From positions 66,154,001-66,218,000 of the forward strand of contig NC_043010.1 in assembly GCF_006345805.1 (NCBI RefSeq): a stretch of 64,000 bases of DNA. The letters are read 5' to 3'. This stretch comes from Octopus sinensis (taxonomy: Eukaryota). Below are positions 36,133-49,203 of the stretch, one piece after another. A model generated the notes under the pieces. It saw only the letters and a list, made by a program, of their open reading frames with translations. It made no database searches and was not told the origin of the DNA. Position numbers and translations under genes: made by a program. Each line of letters starts with the position of its first letter. The first letter of the stretch is position 1.

Positions 36133-37064
36133 CTTGAGAAGAGAAAGAGGAAACGGAAATTTTAATTAACAGAGTGAAATTGCACAAGAGAAAAAAAAAC
36201 AGAACATTTAAGATAGGGAAAAAGGGAAGAAAAAATGAGGAAGACATAGAAACATGTATAAAAAAACATATAAATGTAAATAAAAAATGTATCCAAAAAG
36301 ATATTTGAGAAAATTTACTTTAAATTTCAATTTAAGTCTTTGAAGAAAAAACTTGCAAATGCTTCTAGAGCATCGGAGTAAAAAAAACATTTAAGGAACA
36401 AAGAAAAAAAATTAAAATTTTGAAAATAGACTTAAATTTTCTATAATGGTGTAGGAGTAGAGTGGCTGTGTGGTAAGTAGCTTGCTTACGAACCACATGG
36501 TTCCGGGTTCAGTCCCACTACGTGGCACCTTGGGCAAGTATCTTCTGCTATAGCCTCGGGCTGACCAAAGCCTTGTGAATAGATTTGGTAGACAGAAACT
36601 GAAAGAAGCCCGTTGTATATATGTGTATATATATGTGTGTGTGTGTATTTGTGTTTGTCCCCCCAACATCACATGACAACCGATGCTGGTGTGTTTACGT
36701 CCCCGTAATTTAGCGGTTCGGCAAAAGAGACTAATAGAATAAGTACTTGGCTTATAAAGAATAAGCCCTGGGGTTGATTTGCTCGACTAAAGGTGGTGCT
36801 CCAGCATGGCCACAGTCAAATAACTGAAATAAGTAAAAGAGTAAAGGAGTAAAGAGAGTAAGGATTTAAATTAAAATACTAGAAAATAAGGAACATGCTT
36901 ATCAAAGAGAATATTTTTCTCTTGTCTGCTGAACACTGCAGAAACTAAACAGGATCCAGTTCTGTAGATTCAACACAGCTTGGCTTTCTATAGTATTATA
37001 GCCACATGCTTGAAAATAGGGGACACATACAGACAGATGGGGGGGGGGGGACACATGGACTTAC

Positions 37065-37140
37065 CTTGTCGGTACGGCTACCAGGTTTCAATATGGCAGG
37101 AGTCTTCCGTTCAATTCGTTTTTTAAACCAGGCAAGGCTA
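37065..37140 (-). CDS. HTT: HTT exon 18 in window (76 nt, phase 2 to 0)
   Basis: SLAWFKKRIERKTPAILKPGSRTDK; long poly-T acceptor, donor gtaagt; phases fit both neighbours. Confidence 0.88.
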
Positions 37141-38124
37141 CTGAAAAAAAAAAAACATCAATTATTTGAATTTAAAACATAACATAATTATGTTTTACAA
37201 TCAACAAGTTTTAGAATCAATGTTTTTCGGTTAGCAAAGATTCAGATGGTTCCAGCGAAAATTTACACCATTTTCAATATTAAAACCTGTAATAACTTGG
37301 TAATATACATCTCCATCCACGCCACAAGTAGCCTGCAGGAGGAGGATTGAAGGGCAGTGCTACAAACTCGCTTAACATTCATCAATTATAACATGCTCCC
37401 ACTAACTACAGAAGTGTATTTTATGTCCAAATGGTACACTGCATACAGCTAGGTTGAAATGATGATGGCAAGAGCTAGAATGACTGCAACAAATAAAATA
37501 ATTTTTAAGGAAATATAAAGAAGCAAATTATGAACTTGGAAGCATTGAAATGACAAATATTGGAGGAAGTAAAATTTAATGAGATTAATAGTTTTAATTA
37601 GCAGATGGTAGAATCCTACTGCCATTTGGGAAGTTGCCATCATACAGAAAAGAACAAAAAAAAAATGGATCAAAGGTCCAACATGAGCAGCAAGCTCATA
37701 AGGCTGGTTTCCCAAATTCTCTGGAGTATATATATTCTCCCATTACACAGGATGTCAGTTAATTGCAAGAATACTTGTTTTTGCCAACCGATTGGACTGG
37801 AGCAATGTGAAATGAAGTGCTTTGCTCAAGAACACAAGGCATCACCCAGTCCAGAAATTGAAACCACAATCTTATGAACCCAAATGTAATACACTAACCA
37901 CTAACCCACGTACTCCCACACAGAAGAACAGGTAGGAATCATTCTAAGCTGAATACCCACTGTAAATTATAGAACTGCAAAAGATGCAGTGAGATCTCAA
38001 TCAACAGGCTGACAGATAAGGACTTTATACATAATAGATTCAGAGGATCAGTTAGCAATTAAGATTCACTACCACCTCAGTCATGTAATCCCACAAATAC
38101 CCAGAAGGCTCACAACATCTGTTA

Positions 38125-38640
38125 TCTAGATGACCTAATCAGCAATGGAGGTAGTTCTTTTGAAAGTATAATAACCAGGGTAAGCGCAGAGTGTAAAAAG
38201 TTCAGGGAACTTTTGTACCTGTTGACAAGAAAGGGTTTCTCTCTTTGAGTGAAGAGCAAATTGTATGATGCTTACGTATGAAGTGTGATTCTGGATAGCA
38301 GAAAGAAATGAAGCTTGATTCATGCAATGCTGAATGTGTAATCCATGCTAGCATGGAAAGCAGATGCTAAACGATGATGATGATGATGGTAATGAAGTAC
38401 AGATGAACAGAGACAAAAAAAGTATATGAGAGGAATCAGATGGAGAGAAGACACTGTTGGTATGAACATGTGATATGTATGAGGGGTGGTAGATGGGTAA
38501 AGGTGAAGGTAGGTCGAGCAACATGAGAAGGAGGAACCGGCAGAAGAAGTGAAGTTTGATCTCAATGTACTGGACCTCACAAAGGAGATAATAATGGACT
38601 GCAAAGAATAACAAGAGAGTGTGATGGGGAAGTCAACAAC
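38125..38640 (+). pseudogene. Degenerate RTE ORF2 C-terminal fragments
   Basis: Decayed KFRELL.LL..KGFSL.VK..LYDA and RWYGHV-like segments; a similar fragment lies at about 4483-4790. Confidence 0.55.
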
Positions 38641-39447
38641 CCATCCATCCAATCTATGCCAGCATGGAAAAACAGATGTAAAATTATGACAATGATAAAC
38701 AGTTTAAAATATCATCATTACATTCTCGGAGTGGTTGGCGTTAGGAAGGGCATCCAGCTGTAGAAACTCTGCCAGATCAAGATTGGAGCCTGGTGCAGCC
38801 ACCTGGTTCACCAGCCCTCAGTCAAAATCGTCCAACCCATGCTAGCATGGAAAGCAGGCGTTAAATGATGATGATCATCATCATTATCATCATCATTTAA
38901 CATCCATGTTCCATTCTGGCATAAGTTGGGATCCGATGTGTCCAAGGACTTCATTGTGCCCTAGTAATAGCTTTGGCACAGTTTCTACAAGTGGATCTCC
39001 TTCCTAGCACCAACCACTTTACAATGTGTACTGGGTGCTTTTTTCATGTCACTAGTATTAGTGAGGTCACCATGCAGCCCACAAGACTACAAAACCTGAC
39101 AGAGTGTGGTCGGTTTTATGCTAGGTGATGAGGTGTTAGAGAATGAGGGAAATGGGTAGAGTGGCAGAGCAGGTTTTTATCGTAAAGAAGCTATTAAAAA
39201 CAAAGCCTCTCAGCTATTTAGATATTCATGAATAAGACAAATGATTAATGACAGATCAAAATCAATCAATCAATGTGTAATGTTGGTGGAAATATTTTAA
39301 GAAAAGTTAATAGTTCTAAGAGCTATAATCTTATTAACAACAACTCATTTCAGAGACATTCTAAATCTCGTTAATGATCATTACGTCACATCCACCTTCA
39401 TTACACTAATTGCAACAACAAAATTGAAATTCTGTAATGACCCATAC

Positions 39448-39668
39448 TTTGTACTGTCCTCTTGGTCTGCCTGACCACTTCTGAAAGCAGCTCCTGCCAG
39501 ACTCTGAGTGAACTGAGTATAGGGATGTGTAAAGCAGCAATGGTATAAGCCAGGTTTCATGTTGGTCGACAAACGACTGCTTTTCCCATGCCGTAGATGG
39601 GAACAGTTCAAGTTTTGGGGAAGCTCCCACTGGCTAGACAGGTTCGTACCAAAGAGTGCTTTCAGCAG
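39448..39668 (-). CDS. HTT: HTT exon 17 in window (221 nt, phase 0 to 2)
   Basis: LLKALFGTNLSSQW...PGLYHCCFTHPYTQFTQSLAGA...EDST; gtttcag / gtatgg. Confidence 0.95.
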
Positions 39669-39836
39669 CTGAAACATAAAAAAAAACGGAGAGTAAGAGC
39701 TTGATAAAGAGGTGATAAAGGAATAAAAAAAAAATCACTTATATTTTATTTTTTAATTCACATTGACTTCATACGAAAACATGAAAATGTTTGGGGTTTT
39801 TTTTTTTAAATAAAAGTAAATTTACACAGAACAAAC

Positions 39837-40022
39837 CTGTTGAACACAGAGAACAGTGCTTGTGGCCTCCATTGAAAATGTTGTCTTCAAATAAGTTAGA
39901 AATTCTTCTGCATATTTTCCAATGTCGAAGAGCGAGGAAATTTCCAGTAATTTAGCAAACACTTCCAGTGCTACTTTCAATAAGCTGCCAAATTTGTCTG
40001 ATACATTCAAATCCAGAGAGAT
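39837..40022 (-). CDS. HTT: HTT exon 16 in window (186 nt, phase 0 to 0)
   Basis: ISLDLNVSDKFGSLLKVALEVFAKLLEI...TVLCVQQ; tttatag / gtttgt. Confidence 0.95.
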
Positions 40023-40587
40023 CTATAAAAGAAATAAATGTGCTCTAAGAGACGAAATCATCAAAACACCAGCCATGTCATAGACAAAGAATTCAATTCA
40101 GTTCTATATTTGTGATATGAGGAATTCATATTATGTATACTGTTTATATCATCATCATCTTCATAATCATCGTTTAATATCTGCTTTCCATGCTAGCATG
40201 GGTTGGACGGTTTAACTATGGGCTGGCGGACCAGATGGCTGCACCAGGCTCCAAAATCAAAGTGAAATTCGATGACGGGCATGAGCACCATACGAGCGTG
40301 ATCGTTGCCAGAGCGGCTAACTGGCTTCCGTGCCAGTGGCACATAAAAGGCACCATTCGAATGTGATCATTACCAGCTTCGCCTTACTGGCACTTGTGCC
40401 CCGTGCTAGTAGGGTGCTAAGAGCACAATCTGAGCGTGATCGTTGCCAAAGCAGCTAAATGGCTTCTGTGTCGGTGGCATGTAGGAGGCACCATTCGAGC
40501 GGGATCGTTACCAGCATCGCCTTACTGGCACCTGTGCCGTTGGCATTATGTATACTGTTTATATTATGTATACTTGTGTCCTCATCT

Positions 40588-40787
40588 TGATTGTTGCTTT
40601 CACTATGTTTCGACTGGTGTATGCTCCAGCCTTCTTCAGGTGTCTTGTGTTGAACCGGAATTTTGAACCTAACCCCCATGGATCAAATAAAGGGTTAGGC
40701 TCGAAATTCCAATACAACAGAGTTCAACACAAGAAACCTGATGAAGGCTTGAGCATACAACAGCTGAAACAGTGAAAGCAACAATCA
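40588..40787. repeat. Imperfect 200-bp palindrome carrying two opposed hammerhead cores
   Basis: Arms tgattgttgctttcac...gtgttgaac / gttcaacac...gtgaaagcaacaatca; inner stem ggaattttgaacctaaccc / gggttaggctcgaaattcc. Confidence 0.85.
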
Positions 40788-41226
40788 CCACTCTGACAGT
40801 ATACATAAAGAATTCAATTTTTATATTAGCCCTTTACGTACCAGCCTCTTTGAACCTAGTTTCTTTGATACAAAACATCATGGCAACCAGTATACTCTGT
40901 AAAATGGCTGGCATTAAGAAGGGCTTCCAGCTGTAGAAACCATGCCAAAACAGACAATTGGAACCTCAGCAGCTCTCCAGCTGGCCACCTCCTATCAAAC
41001 CGTCCAACCCAAGCCAGTATGGAAAACAGACATTAGAAGAAGATGATGATGATGATAGTGGTGATGATGACATAGTGTACTATCACACTATGTCCTTCCT
41101 TTTCTCTTTTTATCCTTTCTGGTAAAATTCAAGAAGATATAACTGCTATTTCTAGCAGGTAAAGCAAAAACATAGAAGCTTCCCCATCTGCTGCACACAA
41201 TATAAAATTTAGAAGCATTTGCATAC

Positions 41227-41345
41227 CTTGTAGTTAGAGTAAGCACCTTTTAATACATCATAAACTCTCATATATTGAGGTAGATTGTAGAAAGTTCCAA
41301 GTCCTTCTTTACGATTTTTTTCCCTTTCAACTTCTTTCTCTCGTT
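41227..41345 (-). CDS. HTT: HTT exon 15 in window (119 nt, phase 1 to 0)
   Basis: REKEVEREKNRKEGLGTFYNLPQYMRVYDVLKGAYSNYK; tttgcag / gtatgc. Confidence 0.95.
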
Positions 41346-41801
41346 CTGCAAAATAAAGAATTATCAAAATAATACTTTTTTTATTTTTATTTTTAAACAA
41401 AATAAAAGGAAGGGAGGTGAAAGTGTACTGGAAACAAACCAAAATAAAACCTTACAGCGGGAATATGAGGGAATGGAAATGAAAAGAAAGAAATGGTAAC
41501 CATTGCTACAGGATTCAAGAAGATAAAGATCGCTAATAAAGCAAAGAGAAACCACATGATTGCAAAGCAAGCTTATGAACTTCACAGCCATGCCTGTGGC
41601 CAATATATAAGATTAAAATGCTAAAAGAGACTTTTGAATCATTGTATACACACACACAGTGTATTTGGTTTCTCTTTAGAATAGAAAATAAATGAAATAA
41701 TCAGAAACTTCTTCAATTAAAAAAGAGGAAAAAAAATGGAAAAATAAAAATTCAAATAAACAAGTAAAATTACAGAATTAAAAAAAAAATACTTGGCTCA
41801 C

Positions 41802-42004
41802 CTTTTTGTGTGGATTTTGCTGAAGCTTTGGAATCAATGGTTGATCCAAGAAGTACTGATGGCCCTGAGCCATCCTTATCTCCTTTGGCTTTCCGCTTGA
41901 TTGGACTAAGGGAAGGAGCAGTAGGCAACGATGGGAGGGAAGGTTTAATTTGGGGAGGTCCAGGTGTTATGTCATCTATCACATGAGTACAGGCGTTTAA
42001 CAGT
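41802..42004 (-). CDS. HTT: HTT exon 14 in window (203 nt, phase 2 to 1)
   Basis: LLNACTHVIDDITPGPPQIKPSLPSLPTAPSLSPIKRKAKGDKD...STQK; gtttcag / gtgagc. Confidence 0.95.
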
Positions 42005-43258
42005 CTGAAACATAAAAGCAAGGTAAGACATTTAGAAAGCCAGTACTCAGCTCCAGTGTCCCCACCATCATCACCATCATCATTTAACATCTGTTTTCTA
42101 TGTTGGCCTAGGTAGGATAGTTTGACAGGATCCAGTGAGCCACAAGGCTTCATAGGTTCCATGTCAGCTTTGACATGCTTTCTACGGTTGGAGGGCCCCC
42201 TCCTAAAGCTGATCCCTTTACAGTGTGTACCAAGTACATTTGTCATGCCACCAGCACTGGAGAGGTTGCCAAGTAACTTGCAAGACAAGAAAGGACAAGA
42301 AAAGGGAGACCTTTTGAAGGATCCCTGGAATAATGTTATGCAACAGGATGCATAAATCAAAAATTAGGGAGTTTCTCCTGGTCAAGCTGCTATTTTGCAT
42401 CAAGAGGTCACAGCTCTGCAACAAGAGATATGCGATTAGGATGTCGCAGGAAAGAGTCACAAGACAAATTCTTCAGGCTGAGCTCACCAACAAGGAAATC
42501 TAGAGGTAGACTAGGAACAAGATGGTTGGATAATATCCATGGTTTCAGTTAGTCAATGCTTGGGAATGCAGCCAGAAAGTCTAATGATAGTTACTTCTGA
42601 TAGGACCCTAAAGAGGAGGTGACTGAGGATTCTATACCCGCAATCCTCCCAGGGATAGTGGGCAGAGTAGATAGATGAATGGCATCATCATTATCATCGT
42701 TTAACGTCCGCTTTCCATGCTGGCATGAGTTGAACGATTTGACTGAGGTCTGGCGAACCAGATAGCTGCACCAGGCTCCAATCTGATCTGGCAGAGTTTC
42801 TACAACTGGATGCCTTTCCTAATGCCAACCACTCCGAGAGTGTAGGGGTGCTTTTACGTGCCACTGGCATGAGGGCCAGTCAGGCAATACTGGCAACGGC
42901 CATGCTCAAATGGTGCTTTTTATGTGCCACCTGCACAGGTGCCAGTCCAGCGGCACTGGCAACGACCTTGTTCAAATATTTTTTTTACAAGCACAAGTGC
43001 CAGTAAGGCGACGCAGGTAACAATCATGCTCGAATGGTGCTTTTTACATGCCACCGGCACAGAAACCAGTTTGTTGCTCTGGCAACGATCATGCTCGGAT
43101 GGTGCTCTTAGAACTCCACTAGCACTGATGCCAGTCATCGAATTTGATTTCAATAAGAAAAAAATATTAATTTTGCTTCTTTTTTCTTTTTTATTTTCAA
43201 TTGTAAACAAAGTGGTGGTGAGTACATGTTGGAAAACAAAAAAAAACCCAGCACATAC

Positions 43259-43391
43259 CTGGCAATGTGAGTCAAGAGAATGTCAACAAGAGGAACAAGC
43301 TGTCGATCGGAAACACACAGCCACTTGCCATCGTCTACTCCACACAGGTTATTTGTTTCATCTGCCGAACGGAGACACCTATAGGCAGTAC
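43259..43391 (-). CDS. HTT: HTT exon 13 in window (133 nt, phase 1 to 2)
   Basis: TAYRCLRSADETNNLCGVDDGKWLCVSDRQLVPLVDILLTHIA(R); ttgccag / gtatgt. Confidence 0.94.
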
Positions 43392-43703
43392 CTGGCAATA
43401 ACACACAAAACCCATCATTAATTATTAAATCAAAGAGTAGCCTTTTTGATGTGAGATGGAAAATGGACAAAATGTGAAGATGGACAAGGAGAAGCAGGAA
43501 CTGCAAACATTGCAAGCATTTGCAGAAGATACAAGGAGTGCAGGTTCAATACTAGTCTCAAGTATGTTGCAACACCCACAGTTATTGCTGTCTTAGAAGA
43601 AGCTTTTGTATAGACAATGACAACTAACTGAAGAATAATTTAATTGATGTACCTTTTCTATAGATACCCATCAAAGTACTAAATAGGTTTGGCTATATCA
43701 CAA

Positions 43704-44079
43704 ACGAGCAGTATCGCCCAGCGTTGCTCGGGTTTGTTTCAACCCTTTAGAATTGGAATTTTTGAAAAGTAAAAATTTTGCATTATGTAACTTGTTATTC
43801 TCTTTAAGTGAACATTTTTCTGGTTGAAATACACCGAAAAATGGCGACACAGCAGTCAATAAATCGTAAAAAATAGGGATTTTCATAGAAAAAAAGCACC
43901 TTTTTGATGTAAATAATTTTTGGTGTTAACATGGTCCGATTTGAATTTTTTCTTCTACGGAAGGAAGAGCCAGCCTTCTTCTATCATACTCTCAATTTTG
44001 GTCTCGGAGGAGATAGTGTTAGTTGAAGGCTACCAAACTTGCCATACACAGACAACTTCAGCTTTATATATAGAGAGAT
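43704..44079 (+). mobile_element. Non-autonomous Helentron/HINE-like element
   Basis: acgagcagtatcgcccagcgttgctcggg ... cacagacaacttcagctttatatatagagagat. Confidence 0.65.
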
Positions 44080-44115
44080 GAAGAAGTCAAAGAAAAAGCC
44101 AGGTTGAGTAAGATT

Positions 44116-44150
<35 letters not shown>

Positions 44151-44199
44151 GTATTGTGAGGAGGTTAAGTGTCAGAAGTGAGTATACAAGAAAGATTAC

Positions 44200-44348
44200 C
44201 TGAAAGTAAATTTCCAGCCAATAACAAGGTATCCTGGTGTGCAGACAAGTCAAGGGCTAGTGGGGACGAACACAGCAGGGACAAAGTCAAGGCTAGTGGG
44301 CCACCACCACAGAGAAAGTTGTCATCATCTGTACTTGGTGTCCGTAAG
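44200..44348 (-). CDS. HTT: HTT exon 12 in window (149 nt, phase 2 to 1)
   Basis: LRTPSTDDDNFLCGGGPLALTLSLLCSSPLALDLSAHQDTLLLAGNLLS; attgcag / gtaatc. Confidence 0.95.
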
Positions 44349-45134
44349 CTGCAATGAGAATAAAATACAATCTTCAAAAACACAGAAATAAAATACAACA
44401 TAATGTATGTATTGATATTTTAATTCATGACCCTGTATCCAGCTATCCAGAACCCTAACCCCACAGCCACCATCACTCACATCATCATCAACATCATTTT
44501 TATGTCCGATTTTCATGCTGTCATGGGTTGGATGGTTCGACAGGATCCGACAGGTCAGAGGACAGTGTTATGTCCCAATATCCCATGTCTCAGTTTTGAT
44601 GTGGCTTCTACACAGAGGTGGAGTTTAGCTTAGTGGTTAGAGTATTGGACTCATGATCATAAGATTGTGGTTTCAATTCCTGGACCAGGTGATGTGTAGT
44701 GTCCTTGAGCAAAACACTTCATTTCATCTGGCAAAAGTGAGTATTCCTGTGATGGGCCAGTGCCCCATCCAAAGAGGAATATATACACCAGGAAACTGCT
44801 CTTGTGCTCCTTATAGAGTAAAGTGGCCTAACCCTCTACACAGCCAGCCTCTTCAAATCTCCCTCAAAGTACACACTACTATCTTTAAAAAAGTAAGACA
44901 TATTGGATATATTGAGTCAGGAAAATAAACAAAGATGGAACGGTCACAAGTGCATGTCTTTGACCATGAGTCTGCTTCATCAGAAATGACTTGGAGGCTA
45001 AACAAGAGAAAATGACAACCGAACCCCATATAAAAATACTTGTTTAACAAAAACATGAGCAATGGCCAGAAGCACTGTTGCCAGAGACGAATTAATAACC
45101 ATGCAACATAACTGGAAAGATTTGAAATACTAAC

Positions 45135-45298
45135 CTCGATGCAGAACTAAGTCTTTTTCGGTTAACACCATGCCTAGCCATCGGTCGATCTCCATCCTTG
45201 GTGAGCACAGGCAAGGGGGGTGCACAGCTCCAAGCAAAGGAATGTGATGTAGGCAGGTAGTGTTCTGATAACAGGGATAAGGCATGACAACAGCCATA
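45135..45298 (-). CDS. HTT: HTT exon 11 in window (164 nt, phase 0 to 2)
   Basis: YGCCHALSLLSEHYLPTSHSFAWSCAPP...RKRLSSAS; cttcag / gttagt. Confidence 0.92.
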
Positions 45299-45569
45299 CT
45301 GAAGAAGGAAAATAATAAAACAGATGGTTAGTGAAAAAGAAGTGTTTTGTAACGACAGTTTAATGACCAGGAATGTGGCCACAAAGACTGAACATATCCA
45401 ATGGACCAAGTATGTGGCCACAACAGCCAAATGTGTAGTCACAACAGCCTACAACAGCCAGGTGTATATCTTTATATATATAATTTATATGTATAGAATT
45501 CAAGATGGAACATGGAAACAATTAACAGAAATAAGAACAAAAGACAAGGAAAGATGGAAATACCTCTGA

Positions 45570-45652
45570 TCAATATATGTATATATGTATGTATGTATGT
45601 ATGTATATATATATATAGATATATATATATATATATTATATATATATATGTA

Positions 45653-45701
<49 letters not shown>

Positions 45702-45758
45702 ATATATAATATATATATATATAGATATATATATATATAGATATATATATATATATAT

Positions 45759-45791
<33 letters not shown>

Positions 45792-45805
45792 GTATATATA
45801 TATAT

Positions 45806-45837
<32 letters not shown>

Positions 45838-45878
45838 ATATAGATATATATATATATATATTATATATATATATATAG

Positions 45879-45961
<83 letters not shown>
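45570..45961. repeat. About 390-bp interrupted (TA)n microsatellite
   Basis: Direct reading. Confidence 0.95.
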
Positions 45962-45963
<2 letters not shown>

Positions 45964-46135
45964 CATTTCTTGTTGACATTATGCCCAAGTGTTATGCACT
46001 TGTTAAATATAAACATTTAACAAAGGAACAAACCAAGGGGTAAAAAAAACCAACAAAGGCATATATCAGAGCAGAGTGGTTCAAACTACAGTAATAAAAA
46101 GGATTCACATGAAGAATTCAGAAATGTTTCCTTAC

Positions 46136-46397
46136 ACTGAGGTATTTGCATTGACATTTGCGCAGTAGAGATTTAATGGCAGTGATCACTCTGGACAGGC
46201 TAGATTCCACTGAGGGATGCACTGGGATGTTCGCGTTGAAATTAAAAGGCTTGACGAGTCCGAGGACTGTCGGAGGTGACTCTTGGGCCCAGTCATGTAC
46301 AATTGGTGTAAAATAACTGTCAGTGTAATCCTTGGCCACTGTAATGACTGGATCTTGCATAGGGCAATCAACCGCAAAAAACAGGTTAGGTATCATC
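46136..46397 (-). CDS. HTT: HTT exon 10 in window (262 nt, phase 2 to 0)
   Basis: MIPNLFFAVDCPMQDPVITVAKD...ESSLSRVITAIKSLLRKCQCKYLS; atttcag / gtaagg. Confidence 0.94.
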
Positions 46398-46468
46398 CTG
46401 AAATGATTAGGGAAAAAAAAAATTCTATAGATACCTAAAAAAAAAATTCACCTGTATTACAATTTATA

Positions 46469-46687
46469 TATTGTGTCTAGGGAGAGTCATTCTCTTTTAG
46501 TGCCTTATTATTTAACACTTTCACTGGTTCAAATTTTCCAATTATTTATTTATTTCTATTTTAGAAAAAATAGAAAAATAGAAAATAAATAAAACAAAAA
46601 ATAAATAAGTAAATGAGTGGAAATTGAACAGGTGGGTGTGTTAAATAATAAGGCACTAAAAGAGAATGATTCTCCCCAGACACAATA
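46469..46687. repeat. Inverted repeat with 50-bp arms (46469-46518, 46638-46687); a single related copy lies near 52790-52910
   Basis: Two mismatches between arms; same motif aaggcac..aaaga.aatga.tctccccagacacaa at about 52805. Confidence 0.8.
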
Positions 46688-47462
46688 AAATATGCTTCAA
46701 TACACGAATTCACATAAAGAATCTTGCAAACTAAGTCCAAAAATGAAACAAGCAAACAAATAAACAAACATACACACACACATTCACACACACACACACA
46801 CACATATATATGAGAGCATTGTGGTCTGCTTGAAGCACTGGAGTTCAGAAGTAGAAAACAAATGAAAAGAGAAAGAAGGAAAACTTGTAACAATACAGAA
46901 AGTTTTAAAAACCATTTATATTTCATGCACAAACGCCTATCTTCAGAAGAATATAGTAAACAGAAATATGTATTCACAAAGATTTTGTTATTTTATCATC
47001 AACATCATCTGTTGTCCATGCTGGCATGGGTCGGACAGTTTGACCATGGCCGGTAAGCTGACAGGCTGCACCAGACTCCAGTCTGATTTGGAATGGTTTC
47101 TATGGCTGGATGCCCTTCATCTAATCTAGTTCATATAACAAAATAATTTATGTAAATACACATTTCTTTGACTGAAGATGGGCCTTTGTGCCTAAAATAT
47201 AAAAGTTCTTACAAGTCTTCTGCATTATTAGAAGCTTTCCTTATTTGTCATTTCATATATTTTCTATTTATACACACACACACACACCACACACATACAA
47301 TATAGTTTTAAAATATCTGGTAATTTTTTCTCTTTATATAATGATTCTAGACAAAGTACAAGCCACCACCCTTCGAGCAGGCCTTGGCCTATCTCAAAAT
47401 CAAAAAAAAATATACACAGGAGGGAGTGAGGAAGAATGGATGGAGCCACAGGATAAACTTAC

Positions 47463-47563
47463 TTGACCAATGATACTGCAGCACAATGCCGAACTCGGCA
47501 GTCTTCATCACCCAACAGGGCTAAAACGGCATCTTCAAGGAAAGTTGTCTGCAAACTAAATTT
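47463..47563 (-). CDS. HTT: HTT exon 9 in window (101 nt, phase 0 to 2)
   Basis: KFSLQTTFLEDAVLALLGDEDCRVRHCAAVSLV(K); ttcacag / gtaagt (not in the ORF track). Confidence 0.95.
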
Positions 47564-47819
47564 CTGTGAAAATAAAAACAAAACAAACAACAATTAGCAT
47601 ACCTCAGGTACAATGATGTGACAGTTGTGAGCATGTGTATGTGTTTAAATTTGCTACCTCTTCATTGCAAACTGAACTTCTTAATCACTCAGCTATATGC
47701 CCATAATACACACACACACACACACACACACACGCGCGCACATTTATGTAAAGAGTGTGAAAACCATGTATTTTGGTGAAATATGAGTGTCAGCAACAAT
47801 GAATTTAGAATGCAAGTAG

Positions 47820-48030
47820 GTGTTTATCAGGGCATAGTTCTCATATTGCTTGTTATTTATTATGTATCTCCAGGCCATAACAGAGGAATTCAAGGGAATG
47901 TCCACAGGAATTTCTGAATGCTGACAACCTGGTTCTCAAAGCCAGATTAGTCAAAGAATTAGATGCAAAGTTTGAATTATGGAAGGAGAACCTAAAACCA
48001 ACATGGATCAAAGTAAACTGAGTAAAGAAC
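47820..48030 (+). pseudogene. Degenerate RTE reverse-transcriptase fragment
   Basis: Decayed match to QAITEEF..CPWELLYADDLVL (here FLNADNLVL) and WK..L...G.KVN. Confidence 0.6.
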
Positions 48031-49101
48031 AATGCTTTAGTTACTCTTTACTCTTTTACTTGTTTCAGTCATTTGACTGTGGCCATGCTAGAGCACTGCC
48101 TTTAGTCGAGCAAATCGACCCCAGGACTTATTCTTTGTAAGCCTAGTACTTATTCTATCGGTCTCTTTTGCCGAACCGGTAAGTTACGGGGACGTAAACA
48201 CACCAGCGATGTTGCGGGGACAAATACAGACACACAAACATATACAAACACACATATATATACATATATACGACGGGCTTCTTTCAGTTTCCGTCTACCA
48301 AATCCACTCACAAGGCTTTGGTCAGCCCGAGGCTATAGTAGAAGGCACTTGTCCAAGGTGCCACGCAGTGGGACTGAACCCGGAACCATGTGGTTGGTAA
48401 GCAAGCTACTTACCACACAGTCATTCCTATGCCTAGTTCACAAGAAAAAATACAGAACTTTGCAGCTGTTTAGGAAACAGCTAAACACTTAATAGGTGAG
48501 AGTTCTGTAATGTGTATCTACCTTATCTTTTACTTGTTTCAGTCATTAGACTGTAGCCATGCTGGAGCACCAGCATGCAAAATTTTAGTTAAATAAGTCG
48601 ACTCCACTACTTATTTATTTTTTTTTTTGTAAGCCTGGTACTTATTTGATCAGTCTGTTTTGCTGAACCACTATGGCATAGGGATATAAACACATTAACA
48701 CCAGTTGTCAAGCAGAGGTTGGGAACAAACACAGACACAAAGGCACACACACACACATATATACAACAGGCTTCTTTCAGTTTCCATCTACAAGATCCAA
48801 TCATAAGGCTTTGGTCAGCCCAAGGCTATAGTAGAAGACACTTGCCCAAGGTGCCACACAGTGGGCGTGAACACCAAACCATGTGGTTAGGAAGCAAGCT
48901 CCTTAACCACTCAGCAACACCTGCACCTTTTTTATCATTAATTAATTGCTAACAGAATGACCCTCCCAAAGTACCACAATTTGTTTCAACACCTCAAGAA
49001 TCTAGAGAAACAAACACAAAAACAAAATCTGTCTGTCTGTCTCTGTGTGTGTGTGTGTGTGTGAATGAAGACAATAGATAAAGATGAATGAAGTTACATA
49101 C

Positions 49102-49203
49102 CCCAAGATATTTATCCTCCTGTGCTCGTCTTGGTAAACACACACTTTGTAAATAGTAAACAATTTTAAAGTTTATTTTTGACACAAGTTCCAGAAGTTC
49201 AAC
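49102..49203 (-). CDS. HTT: HTT exon 8 in window (102 nt, phase 0 to 0)
   Basis: VELLELVSKINFKIVYYLQSVCLPRRAQEDKYLG; attgcag / gtatgt. Confidence 0.92.

Noticed and set aside
41770-42360. 196-aa ORF as a separate gene
   Set aside because: Only 41802-42004 is an HTT exon; the remainder is degenerate family-C and intron sequence.
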